From Dendrobates tinctorius (Eukaryota): 64,000 nt of DNA. The DNA lies in NCBI RefSeq assembly GCF_039654945.1, contig NW_027361705.1, positions 25,668,001 through 25,732,000 of the forward strand. Direction: 5' to 3'. Position numbers and translations under genes: made by a program. The notes under the pieces are model-generated. The model was not told where the DNA came from and made no database searches. It saw only the letters and a program-made list of their open reading frames with translations. Below, one piece after another: positions 60,961-64,000 of this stretch; the first letter of the stretch is position 1; every line of letters starts with the position of its first letter.

Positions 60961-61879
60961 AGGGATCTGCTAGCACAATATTCGTCCATTGCTTCCCACC
61001 CAGGGACTGCTTTGGGACGTCCCATGGTTCTGTGTCCCCCAATGAGGCGACAGAGTAAAGGAGATTTTTGTGTACTCACCGTAAAATCTTTCTCTTTGCC
61101 TCTAATTGGGGGACACAGCTCCCACCCTGTTGCCCTTATGGGCCGTTGTTTTACCGTTGAGTTCTCATATTATTCTTTGAGCTCGTACATAGTAGCCTTC
61201 TTACAGGCATGGTTATGTTATTTGGTTACGTTCCTCCTAATGCTTTGGCACAAAACTGGAGAAGGCTGACGCCGTCCAGGGGTGTATACTGCAGAGGAGG
61301 AGCCAAAGTTAATCTTTTTCAGATTATGCATAGTGTCGCCTCCTAGTGGACAGCAGCATAACACCCTTGGTTCTGTGTCCCCCAATTAGAGGCTAAGAGA
61401 TTTTACGGTGAGTACACAAAAATCTCCTTTTTTTTTTTTTCTAATGCATTCTTGCCTGAATAGCCTAGTGGTATAGTTTGTCTAGCACCAGGCTTCTCCT
61501 ACTGTGGTTGAGAACGTGTAGAAGAGCCTTGTAGCAAATGGGCTGTGTGCTGAGACCAGAGAACACTGCCAACACTGTGCTGAGACCGAGGCGTACGCCT
61601 AACCCAGTGTGAGTAACATACAAAACCCAGCTGGCAGTAAATGACTGTTAAATGAGGGAGACGGCGTTCTATGCAGCAGCCTGCTTGTACGATCGCCGAG
61701 CACCCACAGTGAATGACGCTCCTACACGACTGCTGATGTATTCTACGTAGGCAAGCCTGAATAAGGAATATGGTTTTAAAATGAATTGCATTTAAAGGTT
61801 TTTATTCTTGTTTTCCAAAATCTTTTACACTGAATGGATTTATGATGGTAAAATGTCCGTTTACCCTTCACCCTGTTCT

Positions 61880-62725
61880 GCTGAAATTCCACCCCAACTA
61901 TGTGAGTAACCTCCACTGTGCTTCACTGCTGTCTGCAGACGCTCATTATTGTCCGCACCCCAGCTCTTTGGCAGACTTCATTGTTTCAGCCAAATGGTCA
62001 CACTTTGACACATCAGTCCAGACTACTTGCTGCCATTTTTCGGCACCCCAATTACTTTGTTTTTGTGCATCGTTGAGTCACTTGTCCTTGGCTCCATGTC
62101 TAAGCTATGGTTTTTGGCCACAACTTTTCCATGTAGATCCTTTGTAGCCAGATTACCCTGTGTGTAGCTGATTGCTGACAGTTCTAAGCTGATGGCACTG
62201 CTTGACGTTTTCAGTTTTTTGTGTTTTTTTTTGTTTGTAGAGATGTCTTGCATCTGCATTTTCCTTACCGTCCACTGCATCTATGGTGCTCCATGTTGCC
62301 CATTTCTTGCTCTCCTCCAATGATGAGAAATACAGGCAGGTACTTGTCCATCATGTTATACCATTAGAGAAGTGTCTGGCTCCAGATTTCTTCTGTAGTA
62401 ACAACAATCAAAGAACAAGTCCTGGCAGTGATGATCTGACCTCAGAACCCTGGATGTATTCTTACACAACAGAAGACCTATGGTTAATTCTCCAAGATGT
62501 TTAGCGCAATCTTCCTGCCAAGTTTCTTCAAAAACTGTGCAAGTCTACTAATGGAATTGGTGCTATTCTGAAGGCAAAGGACGGTCATCCCAATAATGAT
62601 TTGATTTAGATTTCTCTTTTGTTCTTTCACTTAGGTTATTTTTATCAATTAAAATATTAACTCTTCTATTTTTGAAAGCATTCCATGTAGCATTTTTCCC
62701 ACACCTACCTAAAACTTTTGCACCG
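61880..62725. mobile_element. Highly decayed Tc1-like remnant
   Basis: KYRQVLVHHVIP-like transposase trace and a terminal CCTAAAACTTTTGCAC-type TIR near 62710. Confidence 0.5.
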
Positions 62726-62885
62726 TATGACGATCTTATTTTTTATATATATAGATATTACATCATTTATTTTTTATTTGAACATCTGTTTCTGTAAAAT
62801 GCTTTTTTTTTCTACTGTCTTTATGATCAGTTTTCCTCTGTAGAATTGAAAGTAAACCTATTGTGTTCATTTTTGCCTTTTTCAG

Positions 62886-62998
62886 AGACATTCAAATGCA
62901 TCACAGTCTATTTGTGAGATCATACGACTCAGCAGAGATCAGATGTTACAAGTCCAGAACAGCCCAGATCCAGACCCTCTCCTGGCTACACTAGAAAA
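62886..62998 (+). CDS. PPP6R3: PPP6R3 coding exon 5 (113 nt; not in the ORF track)
   Basis: [37 protein letters not shown](K), with a TTTTTCAG acceptor and donor AA|GTATTC. Confidence 0.93.
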
Positions 62999-63054
62999 GT
63001 ATTCAAAATCGCTATGTTATCCAGCTCTGTATGATTAAATGAACCATAAACATA

Positions 63055-64000
63055 CAGTGCCTTGCGAAAGTATTCGGCCCCCTGGAACTTTACCACATAT
63101 CATGTTTCAAACATAAAGATACCAAATGTAAATTTTTGATGAAGAATCAACAACAAGTGGGACACAATTGTGAAGTTGACCGAAATTTGTTAGTTTAAAT
63201 TTTTGTGGAAATGCAAAAACTGAGAAGTGGGGCGTGCAATATTATTCGGCCCCCTTTTACATTCAGTGCAGCAAACTCAATCCAGAAGTTCATTGTGGAT
63301 CTCTGAATGATCCAATGTTGTCCTAAATGACTGATGATAAATATAATCCACCTTTGTGTAGTCAAGTCTCCATATAAATGCACCTGCTCTGTGATCGTCT
63401 CAGGGTTCTGTTTGATGCACAGAGAGCATCATGAAGACCAAGGAACACAACAGGCAGGTCCGTGATACTGTTGTGGAGAAGTTTAAAGCCAGATTTATAT
63501 ACAAAATGATTTCCAAAACTTTGAACATTCCAAGGAGCACTGTGCAAGCGATCATATTGAAATGGAAGTGGAAGGAGTGTCATACCACTGCCAATCTACC
63601 AAGACCTGGCCATCCCTCTAAACTTTCATCTCAAACAAGGAGAAGACTGATCAGAGATGCAGCCAAGAGGCCCATGATCATTTTGGATGAACTGCAGAGA
63701 TCTACAGCTGAGGTGGGACAGTCTGTCCATAGGACAACAATCACTTGTACACTGCACAAATCTGGCCTTTATGGAAGATTGGCAAGAAGAAAGCCATTTC
63801 GCAAAGATATCTATAAAATGTGTTTGTTTGAAGTTTTCAACAAGCCACCTGGGAGAGACACCAAACGTGGAAGAAGGTGCTCTGGTCAGATGAAACCAAA
63901 ATCAAACTATTTGGCAACAATGCCAAACGATATGTTTGGTGTAAAGGCAACACAGCTCATCACCCTGAACACACCATCCCCACTGACAAACATGGTGGTG
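63055..64000 (+). mobile_element. Tc1-family transposon 5' part, decayed, running off the window
   Basis: TA|CAGTGCCTTGCGAAAGTATTC TIR. The transposase starts at 63431 (MKTKEHNRQVRDTVVEKFK) and includes LWSDETKI and HGG motifs, with frameshifts. Confidence 0.92.

Larger units (their letters stand above)
55292..61428 (+). mobile_element. DIRS1-type tyrosine-recombinase retrotransposon (copy B, a different family), full length, lightly decayed
   Basis: ITRs at about 55305-55443 and 61250-61387, an internal complementary region at about 61020-61120, and gag, RT/RH/methyltransferase-like and tyrosine recombinase ORFs. Confidence 0.96.

Noticed and set aside
43280-62998. Alternative assignment to PPP6R1 or PPP6R2
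   Set aside because: From recall, segments such as [20 protein letters not shown] and DPLLATLEK fit PPP6R3 best. A reciprocal BLAST would confirm this.

Overview
Vertebrate genomic DNA, probably from a frog (inferred from the transposon families). It holds the 5' part of a + strand PPP6R3 (SAPS3, PP6 regulatory subunit) gene. A CpG-rich promoter with many CCAAT boxes lies at about 0.4-1.1 kb, head-to-head with a tRNA-Ala(AGC) gene. A transposon-packed 5'-UTR intron region of about 42 kb follows, then five coding exons (43280-62998); the gene continues beyond the window. The introns contain a 4.4 kb compound minisatellite, two full-length but decayed DIRS1 tyrosine-recombinase retrotransposons, a near-intact Gmr1-like Gypsy element (integrase before RT, SCAN-like capsid), a solo LTR, several Tc1 elements, an L2 fragment and many MITEs. 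The most interesting items are: a hidden minimal hammerhead ribozyme in a non-coding retrozyme/Penelope-like insert, split by a MITE and nested in a fold-back Tc1; a cluster of five juxtaposed AG|GT sites resembling recursive splice sites; a candidate upstream exon giving a 22-aa in-frame N-terminal extension; three identically spaced TALE(DECA)-N9-CCAAT promoter modules; an 18-bp micro-inversion in one DIRS terminal repeat; and a relic primer-binding site inside the Gypsy LTRs. All calls were made by eye, and no database searches were run.
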